DNA of 64,000 bases from Bacteroidota bacterium. GTDB taxonomy: Bacteria; Bacteroidota; Bacteroidia; Bacteroidales; CAIWKO01. The notes beneath the pieces are model-generated. The model was not told the DNA's origin, ran no database searches, and saw only the letters and a list, made by a program, of their open reading frames with translations. Positions within the stretch are counted from its first letter, which is position 1. Each line of letters opens with the position of its first letter. Below, one piece after another: positions 28,635-37,959 of this stretch. Position numbers and translations under genes: made by a program. Location of the stretch: contig JBAXWF010000013.1 of NCBI GenBank assembly GCA_037128515.1, positions 1,547-65,546 of the forward strand, written 5' to 3'.

Positions 28635-28657
28635 GGATATTTTGATAAGGTTTTTTA

Positions 28658-29407
28658 TCAGATGAATACTTTTTTTGGTTTTTTGAATTGAATTTTGCTT
28701 AACATTTTGAATTGAGCACTTACTCCACCGAATTTGCTTTTTACATAAGCTTTGATATCGTTTGCCATTGGGATGATGCCCGTTTCGGGATGGTACATGA
28801 TTTTGTCGCGTTCGTTGCGTGCTTTGCCTAAATCGGTGTTGGCAGCCATAACGGCGGTGTTGGCAGCCTTCATTTTGTTTAATTTTTCCTTTAATGTTAT
28901 GACTTTTAGTTCATCTTCATTTGGATTGTAGAGCGTTTGGGCAGAGAGTAGTTCAACAATTTGTGAAAAGTGGTTGATAATCATATCGTAGCTAAGCTGA
29001 GAAACGGAAATCTTTTTGTGTGCTTCGGCTTCGGGGGTTGTTGGAGTGATTTGGAGCTTGACGGTTTTGGCACGTTTGCCCTGAAGTTTGCGGACAAATT
29101 CGACGATGTTGGGAAGAAATTCATTTGGAGCATCGGATGCTATTACCGCATTTTTGATTTTAGTAGCTAATTCGGAAATGTCTTGGAATTCGGCGGAACG
29201 CTTGTCGACTTTGATGACAATAGCAGCATATTTATTTTGAACTTGGAGAACTGCATCAGCGGACTCGGTGTGCTTGGTGGTGATGGAAGGAAGGGTGATG
29301 AAAACCTTTACAGGCGCATAGTCGGTGCCGAAACCAGTGCAAATGGAGAGAACTTGCTCCAATAAAGTCACATTTTTACCGTGACCGGTTTCTGTTGTTG
29401 AAGTCAT
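28658..29407 (-). CDS. Hypothetical cytoplasmic protein (249 aa), no recognisable domain
   Basis: Clean ORF with its own terminator and candidate promoter. No signal peptide. Helical, K/A/T-rich. Confidence 0.6.
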   Translation of the reverse strand: MTSTTETGHGKNVTLLEQVLSICTGFGTDYAPVKVFITLPSITTKHTESADAVLQVQNKYAAIVIKVDKRSAEFQDISELATKIKNAVIASDAPNEFLPNIVEFVRKLQGKRAKTVKLQITPTTPEAEAHKKISVSQLSYDMIINHFSQIVELLSAQTLYNPNEDELKVITLKEKLNKMKAANTAVMAANTDLGKARNERDKIMYHPETGIIPMANDIKAYVKSKFGGVSAQFKMLSKIQFKKPKKVFI

Positions 29408-29467
29408 GGGGGGGTATGAATTAAGGGGTTGATAATTTAGAAACGACTGGTTATTAAGAAAGAAAGA

Positions 29468-29475
29468 ATAATGAA
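29468..29475 (-). promoter_or_regulatory. Candidate TAnnTTTG -7 element for 28658-29407
   Basis: The minus strand reads 'TAAATTTG', about 60 bp upstream of the ATG at 29407. Confidence 0.3.
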
Positions 29476-29637
29476 TACAAATTTAGGAAAGTGTTTTGTT
29501 GTGGCAAGATTTTTTTGAAGATTTTTTGAAAAAATTGTTTGAACCCGCTTAAGCACAAGCGTCACACGCGTCAGGAGACGCGCGCGAGCAGTGCACAAAA
29601 ACATGTATATCGGTTATCGCAAAACCCGCCCCCCACG

Positions 29638-31572
29638 CTATTCCACCGTAATCTCAAATATCTTGCCCACCAAATCGTTTTTCGGGAAGGGGATAAATTG
29701 CTGTTCAAAAGGGCTGCCATGCCACCAGTCGGTGCTATGAAATTCTTGCGAAATAATCAGCAACATTTGGTTGTTAGGTATAGAGGTTATTTGGTCGTTC
29801 ATGTAGCCCACCACCCGCAATTGGTTTTTTTCGGGGCCAAGGCGCCAAACAATTTCGGTAGGCTTCCATTCAATCTGAAAATAATAGTACGGCGCAGCAA
29901 ACATTTCGTTGTCAGATACCGGCGTGCGTTCCGTAAGGGCTTTGTACCAATAATCCCATCGATGCGCCAAAAAAGAAGTGTTGCCATAGTTCACAGGCAT
30001 GCAGCCCACATCGTAGTTGCGAGGTTGCGGGCAAGCCATATCCCAGTTGGTGCAACACACCATCACCTGGTCCGAATCGTGCTGCACAACCTGCGGCAAA
30101 GGCACATTCCATTGCCCGTTGCTGTACCGATTGGCCACCGGGGAGCCATAAGCAGGCGGAAAGGCATACGAAGGACAGTAATCAACCGTTTTCAAAATCT
30201 CGAAATCAATTTCAGAATAAGGCGTAACCGCCGAACGTTTTTCGTCTTTGCCGCCGCCATACTTTGGCAGATAGCCTTCGTTAGTGCATTCGCGGCAATT
30301 GTTCCAGGGGTCGGTGCCGTTTGTAACCAGCCAAATGGCGTTAGTAACCCCGTTCCACACCCCGTGTTGGTTCAGAAGTTCCGTAAGTTTCAGTTTCACG
30401 GTGTATATGCCATACGTTAGCCCATGGCGCGTGATAACACCCACACTTTGTTTTTTCCAATCGCCAAAGCTTGACCCCGGGTTTCTAAGCTCCACCGTGC
30501 CAGCAACCGTGTCAACCGCAACCTGTTGGCACGGACATTTACTGGTTTCTGATTTTACTCTAATCAGCTCCTCTTTTTTATAAAAAGTGCGGTTCCAATT
30601 GTAGTCGCGCAGCGAATAATTATCCCCCAGCACATCAGCAATCACAGGTATATTGTCAAATTCAGTTGTAGCAGTCACATTATTGATAAATTGCCCCAAA
30701 GGCGCATCCAAATATAGCTTATCGCTAAAAGCGCACTTGGGTTTGTAGTAGGCACTATAGGTCTTGGGGTCAAAATCCTGAGGATTCACATACATCCCCG
30801 TTGCCAAATCCGGTTTAGCAATCACTTTCAAAGCGTTGGTAGCAATTGTCACCCCCACATCGTTTGCCGAATGTCCGTCGCCAAACATAAAATAATAGAA
30901 GGGGTTCACAAAATTGTTATTGTTTTTCAAACCGATGTTAGCAATGTAATCCGGTATAATTTTTTTCTGAATGTTTTCGGCTGTGGTAACCACCAACATA
31001 AAACTATAGTTGCCCATGCGTGGATTGCGACGCCAGCGTTGGTTATCAGTTTTATAAAAACAACGTTGCTCGTTGCGCGGATTGCCCACAATTCGCAATT
31101 GAAACGCCACCCTGTGCAAGTTGCCGTCTGCAGCAATTTCGGGCGTTGCCACAAAAGTGGAAGATGAATCTTCCCAACTTCCGTAGAAGTTTTCGCTGGC
31201 CAACGGATGTTCGCTGCGGCCATCCTCGCCACATTCCGGAAACTTGTACGAATCATTTTGATAATAAATTTTGTAATAAAACTTTTGCGCGGTGCTGCCC
31301 AGGTTTTTAAGTTTAAACTCGAAATGAAACTGGCCGTCGGCAGTTTGCCTGATAGATGGAATAGTAAATCCGAAAATAGCATTGGCATAATCCAAATACA
31401 ACAATTTGGTGGTTTTGCTTTCATTACTAAAAACGTTCCAGTTGGTGAGCGTTTTAAAATCCTGCACCTCGAAGCCAGCCTGTTGGTTTGTTTTGTTCTT
31501 TGGATGATGGCACGAACATACAAACAAGGCAATGAATAAAACGATTAGGCAATATTTATAAGGATTCATCAT
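29638..31572 (-). CDS. Lipoprotein with a GH16-like (concanavalin-type glucanase) catalytic signature
   Basis: Lipobox 'LFVCSC'; 'NAIWLV' followed by 'SEIDFEIL' (the E-x-D-x-E motif of GH16). 4-bp ATGA overlap with the upstream gene. Confidence 0.5.
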   Translation of the reverse strand: MMNPYKYCLIVLFIALFVCSCHHPKNKTNQQAGFEVQDFKTLTNWNVFSNESKTTKLLYLDYANAIFGFTIPSIRQTADGQFHFEFKLKNLGSTAQKFYYKIYYQNDSYKFPECGEDGRSEHPLASENFYGSWEDSSSTFVATPEIAADGNLHRVAFQLRIVGNPRNEQRCFYKTDNQRWRRNPRMGNYSFMLVVTTAENIQKKIIPDYIANIGLKNNNNFVNPFYYFMFGDGHSANDVGVTIATNALKVIAKPDLATGMYVNPQDFDPKTYSAYYKPKCAFSDKLYLDAPLGQFINNVTATTEFDNIPVIADVLGDNYSLRDYNWNRTFYKKEELIRVKSETSKCPCQQVAVDTVAGTVELRNPGSSFGDWKKQSVGVITRHGLTYGIYTVKLKLTELLNQHGVWNGVTNAIWLVTNGTDPWNNCRECTNEGYLPKYGGGKDEKRSAVTPYSEIDFEILKTVDYCPSYAFPPAYGSPVANRYSNGQWNVPLPQVVQHDSDQVMVCCTNWDMACPQPRNYDVGCMPVNYGNTSFLAHRWDYWYKALTERTPVSDNEMFAAPYYYFQIEWKPTEIVWRLGPEKNQLRVVGYMNDQITSIPNNQMLLIISQEFHSTDWWHGSPFEQQFIPFPKNDLVGKIFEITVE

Positions 31573-33320
31573 TTGGCATCAATGGGCTGAGGGTTTGTCA
31601 ACGAATAAATTCCGAGTTTATCGGGCAAGTCGGCACTATTCCTGTTATTTTTGCAAAGGGTGAAAAATGAAAAGGTTTTGCTGTCAGAAAAGTATCCGGC
31701 TGTTAGCTTCAGATTCTCGTAGTATTTTGGATTTTGATCTTTTTCATACCCTTTGAAATCGATATTGCCGAGAATAGTGTAGCCCTGATTGGTGAAGCTG
31801 ATCAGTTTCATCTCAAACCTCCACGGACTGCCATAAGAAATGAGTTCGTCGATGCCGTTTCCATCCACATCGGCAGCAAAGTAAGAGTTTTCGGCATAGA
31901 GGGTGTCGCATTTGTTATCGAAATTGCCTTGCAAAATGCAGGTGTTTTTTCCTTCTTTCAGATTAAGCTCAAACAGTTTATAAACGCACTGATGTGTCTT
32001 TAGGTTGCGGTATAAATAAAGCAAATTATTCTGGTTGGTTTCTTTGATAAAATTTCCGCAAACCATCTGGCTTTCGTCATTAATTTCATTGCCATTAGCA
32101 AAATAACCCAAGGATTTCTTACTCCATGTATTCTTTTCGAAGCTAAGAAGAAAGGCTTCGCCCTGCAGATTTATGGCTATCAAACTTTCTTTGGGATTGT
32201 TTTTTATGCTGAAATGGTAGCAATTATTAAAACCATGGTCGATATGAGGTTCTTCCATAGTGATACGCACAGCCTTTTGTGTTTTTGAATTGAATCCGAA
32301 CGCCTGACTGCACGGCGAATCGCCCGAGCGATAAATTAATTCGTCATTTCCATCGCCATTGATGTCGGCCGCCATATATGGAGTTTGAAGCGGAAATGAA
32401 GAGAATACTTTCCTGTCAGTTTTTATGAAAGATAATTGCCTTCGGTTTTCATCGAACCAAATCAACGCATAGGGAATATGGTTGCGAATGAGCAGAATCT
32501 GACTGGTTTTATCAGCAGAATGAATAAAATTTCCGGTTAATAATACATCATGCTCTTGAATTGACAAAGAATCTTTGCGGTTAGGGCTATAGAGGTTGAT
32601 AGTCTTGTCAGCAAATATATTCTCCGCAAAATAAGTTGGATAAGGCGGTTGGTTTGCTATGGGTTGATATATAAAATTGGTGGAAGTTTTGTTGATTAAT
32701 GGCGCAGTCCCCTTCATTTTTTGATTGACCAAAACCAGCAGCAAATCGTCCAAAAAAACCTCGCGCTGGCAGTTGTTCCAATAATACACTTTCACCACAT
32801 CTGTTGCATCAAATTTCACATTGGTAATTTCGGCTTTGCCACTCACATAAAACCAGCGGTTGGTTTTGGGTGCGTTTTCGTAAATAGCAATGGCATGCGA
32901 AAACTTCAGCCTGTTTCTTGCATCAACAATCTGCACCATCAGCTTTCCTTTCCAATGGTTGGCATTGGCCGGTAAATAAACCCAGACACCCAGGCGGGCT
33001 TCGGTCAAGGTAGCAAAATTAAATTCCGAAAAAGGTTTTTGAATAAGCACACTATATTGTTTTTTTCCGACAACCTTTGCGGCAAATTCCCCTGAAAAAG
33101 CATGCTCATTTGTAATTTGCGGCAAGGCAGTGGCATTTTCGAAATTGTAGAAAAACGAGCCAAGCTGACTCGTGCTATCCAATGCCGCAATACGGTAATC
33201 AACCACAGGGGGCTTTGGAACAAAATCCTTGTATTTGATTTGGTAAACCAGAAAAAGAAACAGCAATGCAAAAACAAACACCAATCCCAAAAGAAAAAAA
33301 ACGCGGTGAGTTTTGTGCAT
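31569..33320 (-). CDS. Membrane-anchored FG-GAP/VCBS-repeat protein with an N-terminal CBM-like domain
   Basis: N-terminal TM 'VFFLLGLVFVFALLFLFLV'; 'ADINGDGNDELIY' and 'ADVDGNGIDELISY' FG-GAP Ca-binding loops. Confidence 0.6.
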   Translation of the reverse strand: MHKTHRVFFLLGLVFVFALLFLFLVYQIKYKDFVPKPPVVDYRIAALDSTSQLGSFFYNFENATALPQITNEHAFSGEFAAKVVGKKQYSVLIQKPFSEFNFATLTEARLGVWVYLPANANHWKGKLMVQIVDARNRLKFSHAIAIYENAPKTNRWFYVSGKAEITNVKFDATDVVKVYYWNNCQREVFLDDLLLVLVNQKMKGTAPLINKTSTNFIYQPIANQPPYPTYFAENIFADKTINLYSPNRKDSLSIQEHDVLLTGNFIHSADKTSQILLIRNHIPYALIWFDENRRQLSFIKTDRKVFSSFPLQTPYMAADINGDGNDELIYRSGDSPCSQAFGFNSKTQKAVRITMEEPHIDHGFNNCYHFSIKNNPKESLIAINLQGEAFLLSFEKNTWSKKSLGYFANGNEINDESQMVCGNFIKETNQNNLLYLYRNLKTHQCVYKLFELNLKEGKNTCILQGNFDNKCDTLYAENSYFAADVDGNGIDELISYGSPWRFEMKLISFTNQGYTILGNIDFKGYEKDQNPKYYENLKLTAGYFSDSKTFSFFTLCKNNRNSADLPDKLGIYSLTNPQPIDAK

Positions 33321-33439
33321 AAAGAGTTTAATTTATAACAAAGATATGAACGATTTTTGCTCAAAAATATTCTTTACCATAAAAATATTAACCATAATAT
33401 CGGTATTATTAATATTTTTGCAACCTCATAAAACATAAA

Positions 33440-34159
33440 ATGACCGTATTATCTATAGTTATTCCAGCCTACAACGAAGCCAAAACCATTCACCTGATTT
33501 TAGATAAGGTGAAAGCAGTTCAACTGGTAACTGGCATCGAAAAAGAAATTATTATAGTGAACGACTGTTCTAAAGATGATACCGAAGGTGCTATTTCTAG
33601 ATACCAAACTGCCAACCCCGATTTCAATATACAATATGTAAAACATGAGAAAAATGCCGGCAAAGGTGCTGCTTTGCATACAGGCATTGCCAAGGCATCG
33701 GGCGATTATCTTATTATTCAAGACGCTGACCTGGAATACGACCCAGAGGAATATAACATACTATTGAAACCCATGATTAACGGGTTTGCTGATGTGGTGT
33801 ACGGTTCACGGTTTATAGGTGGCAAACCGCATCGCATACTTTTCTTCTGGCATTCTATTGGCAACCGTTTTCTAACAATGTTTTCGAACATGTTCACCAA
33901 TTTGAATTTAACCGATATGGAAACTTGCTATAAGTTGTTTCGCCGAGATTTCATACAAAGTATAAAACTATGCGAAAACCGCTTTGGTTTTGAGCCCGAA
34001 GTAACTGCTAAAATCTCGCGCTTAAAAGATATCCGAATCTATGAAGTAGGAATTTCATATTATGGTCGTACCTACGCAGAAGGTAAAAAAATAACCATGA
34101 AGGACGGATTTCGTGCTATTTATTGTATTCTAAAATACGGTCTTTTTAAAAGCAATTAG
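33440..34159 (+). CDS. Family 2 glycosyltransferase (polyprenol-phosphate sugar transferase-like)
   Basis: '[14 protein letters not shown]', 'VNDCSKDDT', '[11 protein letters not shown]' (DxD). Confidence 0.85.
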   Translation: MTVLSIVIPAYNEAKTIHLILDKVKAVQLVTGIEKEIIIVNDCSKDDTEGAISRYQTANPDFNIQYVKHEKNAGKGAALHTGIAKASGDYLIIQDADLEYDPEEYNILLKPMINGFADVVYGSRFIGGKPHRILFFWHSIGNRFLTMFSNMFTNLNLTDMETCYKLFRRDFIQSIKLCENRFGFEPEVTAKISRLKDIRIYEVGISYYGRTYAEGKKITMKDGFRAIYCILKYGLFKSN

Positions 34160-34177
34160 CTTTAAACATCGTTTGAA

Positions 34178-34579
34178 TTAAAACCCATATTCATCGTAAA
34201 ATTTATTCAAAGTACCATACAAATCTTCGAAGGCAACATAATGCTTGCTACATCCTTTTCGCGAACAAAACTCAACTTTTCCGCCAATATCCATTGTTAA
34301 AGGAACCATTGGAGCTTGGCATTCGCTACATATTTCTTTACCATGCAACACCTGATTGCAATGCGGGCAACTGAATTCGGCAATATCAACACCCGAAATA
34401 TCCATATCAGCCTGATGGTCGAAACATCCATAAATAGAGCATAAACGAATTGTACCCCGCGTATTTCCCAGTTGTATATTCAACTTTATACTTGGCTTGC
34501 CATGCAAAAAATTTTCGCTATCCATGAGTGATTTACCACACATCGGACATTTAACGTTAATAGAAACAATCTTGCTCAT
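34178..34579 (-). CDS. Cysteine-rich zinc-ribbon protein with an internally duplicated CxxC...C-x4-C-x2-H module
   Basis: 'CPMCGKS'...'CSIYGCFDH' then 'CPHCNQ'...'CSECQAP'...'CSRKGCSKH'. Confidence 0.55.
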   Translation of the reverse strand: MSKIVSINVKCPMCGKSLMDSENFLHGKPSIKLNIQLGNTRGTIRLCSIYGCFDHQADMDISGVDIAEFSCPHCNQVLHGKEICSECQAPMVPLTMDIGGKVEFCSRKGCSKHYVAFEDLYGTLNKFYDEYGF

Positions 34580-34822
34580 AATTTACATCTCCTAGGTTTT
34601 GGTTTTTTGAATTTGATTTATATGGTAAAAATACTAAATAGCGAATGCTAATGCAAGAAATAGACAAAAAATATTTTATGGGGTTGATATATTTCTGTTC
34701 ATCTTTATTTATGTAAGAAAAAAAGTTTTATCTTTAAAAAAAATTTGAAGCAAGATTATTGCCTTCTTTATGATTGAAGGTAAATGAAATAAATAAATTA
34801 GTAATAACAAAAACCTAAAATT

Positions 34823-35842
34823 ATGTTCGACACAAGCCATTTACATCCTATGCTGGTACATTTTCCGGTTGCATTAATCACCATTGGTTTTTTAGCCGAT
34901 GTGCTGAGTTTGTTTTTTAATAAAAAAGAACCTTGTTTATCAAAAGTCGGATTTTATCTGATGATTTTCGGAACGCTGGGCGCAATTGCGGCCTTTTTTA
35001 GTGGAGAGTTTTTTACAAATGACTTTACCGGCGTGATGGGTGAACTGAAAGAACGCCACGAATTGTTTGCAAAAATAACCATGTATGTGATGATTGCTGC
35101 CTGTTTAATTCGCATTTATTTGGTTTGGAAAAAGAAATCGCATGGCGTATTGAAATGGCTGGTGTTTTTCTTGTATTTTTTAGCAACAGCTTCCGTTGGT
35201 TACACTGGTTTGCTTGGAGGTTCTTTGGTTTATAACTATATGATAGAAATGCAAGATAATGGTACTTCAACAACTTTAGATTCCACAAAAACCGTAAATA
35301 AAACTGTTGATAATTTGAAAGCCGCTGTTCAAGGCGAAACCACAGCATCGGCAAAATATGCTGCTTTTGCTCAAAAAGCGATTGAAGAAAATTTAAATCA
35401 AATTGCCAGTTTGTTCAACGCAGCATCAAAATCGGAAAGCATTCATGCAGCAAACCACATAAAAGCATTGGAAGCCATGGGCCAAAAATTTGAAGCAAAA
35501 GCCGACACATTTACAGTAAAAACTACCAAAGAAAATCTGGATGCTGCTTATAACGGAGAAAAACACGAAGTAGAAGTTATGTATCCTGCATTTTCAGATC
35601 AGGCGAAAGCCGATAATGCCAATGATGCAATTAAATCCATTACATGGGCCATGGAAACGGAATCGAAACACATGGAATTGTATAAAGCTGCTATTGATGC
35701 TTTGGCAGCCAACAAAGTGAAAACATTACCGACTACTTATTTTGTTTGCCCGAAATGTGGATTTACTTATAGTATAAAAGATGTTGAGGATTATTGCGAA
35801 CTTTGTGGTACCCCTAAAGATAAGTTTTTTGTGATTAAATAA
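34823..35842 (+). CDS. Fusion protein: DUF2231-type membrane domain + rubrerythrin (ferritin-like di-iron + rubredoxin-like Cys4)
   Basis: N-terminus 'LHPMLVHFPVALITIGFLADV' plus about 4 TM helices. 'LKAAVQGETTASAKYAAFA', 'ESIHAANH', 'GEKHEVEVMYP', 'ETESKHMELY'. C-terminus 'CPKCG...CELCG'. Confidence 0.75.
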   Translation: MFDTSHLHPMLVHFPVALITIGFLADVLSLFFNKKEPCLSKVGFYLMIFGTLGAIAAFFSGEFFTNDFTGVMGELKERHELFAKITMYVMIAACLIRIYLVWKKKSHGVLKWLVFFLYFLATASVGYTGLLGGSLVYNYMIEMQDNGTSTTLDSTKTVNKTVDNLKAAVQGETTASAKYAAFAQKAIEENLNQIASLFNAASKSESIHAANHIKALEAMGQKFEAKADTFTVKTTKENLDAAYNGEKHEVEVMYPAFSDQAKADNANDAIKSITWAMETESKHMELYKAAIDALAANKVKTLPTTYFVCPKCGFTYSIKDVEDYCELCGTPKDKFFVIK

Positions 35843-35864
35843 TTTGCAAAATAATTTCATATCG

Positions 35865-35899
35865 AAATGCCCGACTAATATTGTTCGGGCATTTTTTTT
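35865..35899 (+). terminator. Rho-independent terminator
   Basis: AAATGCCCGA-loop-TCGGGCATTT followed by a T-run. Confidence 0.75.
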
Positions 35900-35906
35900 A
35901 CTTTTG
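35899..35906 (+). promoter_or_regulatory. Candidate TAnnTTTG -7 element
   Basis: 'TACTTTTG' lies 15 bp upstream of the ATG at 35921. Confidence 0.35.
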
Positions 35907-35920
35907 TATACCACAAAACA

Positions 35921-37219
35921 ATGAAGATGGAACAAGCAATAAAAAAAACAGGATTCAAAAGTTTTCCGCGCAATTTCTGGACTGTAATCACCATGGAGTT
36001 TTTTGAACGTGGTTCGTATTATGGTGTCATGTCTGTTTTGTCAGTGTATCTTGTATTGAGCACCAAAAATGGCGGATTAGGTTTTTCGAAAGAAAGCGTT
36101 GGAATTATAAAGAGTACAATAACCCCTTTGCTTTATCTTTTACCCATTATATCCGGTGCTATTGCCGACCGGTATGGCTATAAGAAAACACTCACATTTG
36201 CCTTTATTGTTATGAGTGCAGGCTATTATCTTACGAGCATGTTTACAGATTATGCTCTGGTGTTCATGAGTCTATTATTGATGGTAATCGGTGCCGGTTT
36301 TTTTAAACCCATCATATCAGGAACCATAGCACGTTCAACAGATGTGAACAATTCATCGCTTGGGTTTGGAATTTTTTATTGGTCGATTAATTTGGGGGCC
36401 TTCATTTTTCCTTTGATTCTAATACCATTTTTAAAAGAAATTAGCTGGTCGTACATTTTTATTATGGCTTCGGTGGGCACCGGATCAATGCTGTTGCTGA
36501 ATTTATTTGTTTATAAAGAGCCGGCAAAGCCCGAAAATTCGAAAAGTTTGGGAACCATCCTAAAAGAAGCGGCATTAGTGATAAAAGATTACCGTTTTAT
36601 CGTCATGATTTTGATTTACTCCGGTTTTTGGATTTTATATTTCCAGATGTTTGATACTGTGCTTTGGTATTTGAGTGAGTACATGAATATGACCCCTGTG
36701 AACAATTTCGTGAATTCATTTTTAAGCCTCTTTGTTGATAACCCTCAATGGAAATTCGAAGCAGAACACGTAACTGTGATAAATGCCGGAACTATTATCC
36801 TCTTGCAAATTCTTGTCTCAAGCATTGTGAAACATACCAAAGCATTGCCGACCATGATTGTAGGAATATCCTTAGGTACTTTGGGAATGACAGTTTTAGC
36901 CATTTCAACAAATGCCTGGGTGTTTATTGGTGGCATGATTATATTTTCAATCGGAGAAATGACTGCACATCCTAAATTTATTTCCTATGTGGGGCTCATT
37001 GCTCCTGCCGATAAAAAAGCATTGTATTTGGGATATTCGTTTCTATATGGTGTAATAGGGAGTGGCATAGGTGGATTTCTAGGGGCTAACTTATATGTTT
37101 ATTTTATTGACACTTTGAAAAACCCTTCAGCACTTTGGCTAATTTTTAGTATGATTGGTGTGGCAACTATCATAGGGCTTTTATTATTCAATAGATTTTT
37201 AGCTCCAAAAAAAGTATAA
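35921..37219 (+). CDS. POT/PTR2-family (MFS) peptide transporter
   Basis: 'MEFFERGSYYGV' (the ExxERFxYY-type POT motif); about 12 TM helices. Confidence 0.8.
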   Translation: MKMEQAIKKTGFKSFPRNFWTVITMEFFERGSYYGVMSVLSVYLVLSTKNGGLGFSKESVGIIKSTITPLLYLLPIISGAIADRYGYKKTLTFAFIVMSAGYYLTSMFTDYALVFMSLLLMVIGAGFFKPIISGTIARSTDVNNSSLGFGIFYWSINLGAFIFPLILIPFLKEISWSYIFIMASVGTGSMLLLNLFVYKEPAKPENSKSLGTILKEAALVIKDYRFIVMILIYSGFWILYFQMFDTVLWYLSEYMNMTPVNNFVNSFLSLFVDNPQWKFEAEHVTVINAGTIILLQILVSSIVKHTKALPTMIVGISLGTLGMTVLAISTNAWVFIGGMIIFSIGEMTAHPKFISYVGLIAPADKKALYLGYSFLYGVIGSGIGGFLGANLYVYFIDTLKNPSALWLIFSMIGVATIIGLLLFNRFLAPKKV

Positions 37220-37251
37220 GTATTAGGCATTGATTATTCCGATTGAATTAC

Positions 37252-37839
37252 CTATTTGTTTTCCGAAATATCGTTTTCCAAATCAATTACCCCCCCCGAC
37301 ACTATAAATTTGATAGCATCGGTTGATGAGATATTCAAATGGGTGATGTTCTCTGCTGGGACCACAAACATATAACCTGTGAAAGTGAAGGAAAAAGGTA
37401 TGTAAACGGCTATTTTTTTACCGGGAATACCAATTTGCGATAGATCGTTGCAGGTGATGAATCCCATTTGTTCAATGCCGGCTTCTTTGTTAACCAATAC
37501 CAGCACAGGTTCATTAAATTTTTTCTTTTTCCCGACAAACGCACCTAACAAATCTTTTATCGAGAACACCACTGTTTTCAATAAAGGCATTCGGTTTAAT
37601 GATTTATTAAAATATAAAACAATGGGACGGCCAATAATGGTGGATGCCAATAAACCTGTTAATGTAACCACCAACAGAATAATAATAATTCCAATTCCGG
37701 GAATATTAATTGGTACTAAGTCATCAACAAACTTAAAAATCACGTACAAAATATAAATCGTGATGCTGATGGGGGCTAATATAATAAGCCCCTGAAAAAA
37801 ATAATTTAATATCTTCTTGAAAAATGTTTTGCTATTCAT
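37252..37839 (-). CDS. DUF502-like membrane protein
   Basis: Two N-terminal TM helices then a soluble domain, 195 aa. The family assignment is from memory of the architecture. Confidence 0.5.
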   Translation of the reverse strand: MNSKTFFKKILNYFFQGLIILAPISITIYILYVIFKFVDDLVPINIPGIGIIIILLVVTLTGLLASTIIGRPIVLYFNKSLNRMPLLKTVVFSIKDLLGAFVGKKKKFNEPVLVLVNKEAGIEQMGFITCNDLSQIGIPGKKIAVYIPFSFTFTGYMFVVPAENITHLNISSTDAIKFIVSGGVIDLENDISENK

Positions 37840-37959
37840 AATGTTGAGTTTTATACAAAAGTACTATTTGGACATGTAGAAAAAAGAATTTTTTTGTACA
37901 TTTATGGAAAAATAGAAAAGGATTCTCTATAAATCTGAAATTATAAAAAAACTACTATA

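Noticed and set aside
28361-28645. 94-aa ORF (TTG start) translating the 21-bp array as heptads 'LRMxx(Y/D)T'
   Set aside because: The open frame is a by-product of the 21-nt (7-codon) period on a G+T-rich strand. It has no ATG start and runs through the terminator hairpin of the neighbouring gene. The related array at 45.2 kb is open in a different frame relative to the shared TTGCGG core. A few synonymous-looking CGG/CGT and TTG/TTA changes are too few to argue for coding.
29539-31539. Long plus-strand ORFs (29539-30420, 30284-30583, 30871-31167, 31020-31310, 31207-31539) and the alternate-frame minus ORF 30927-31532
   Set aside because: They are antisense or out of frame relative to the well-supported 644-aa lipoprotein gene. 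Their translations are Arg/His/Pro-rich and low-complexity, as expected from locally higher GC.
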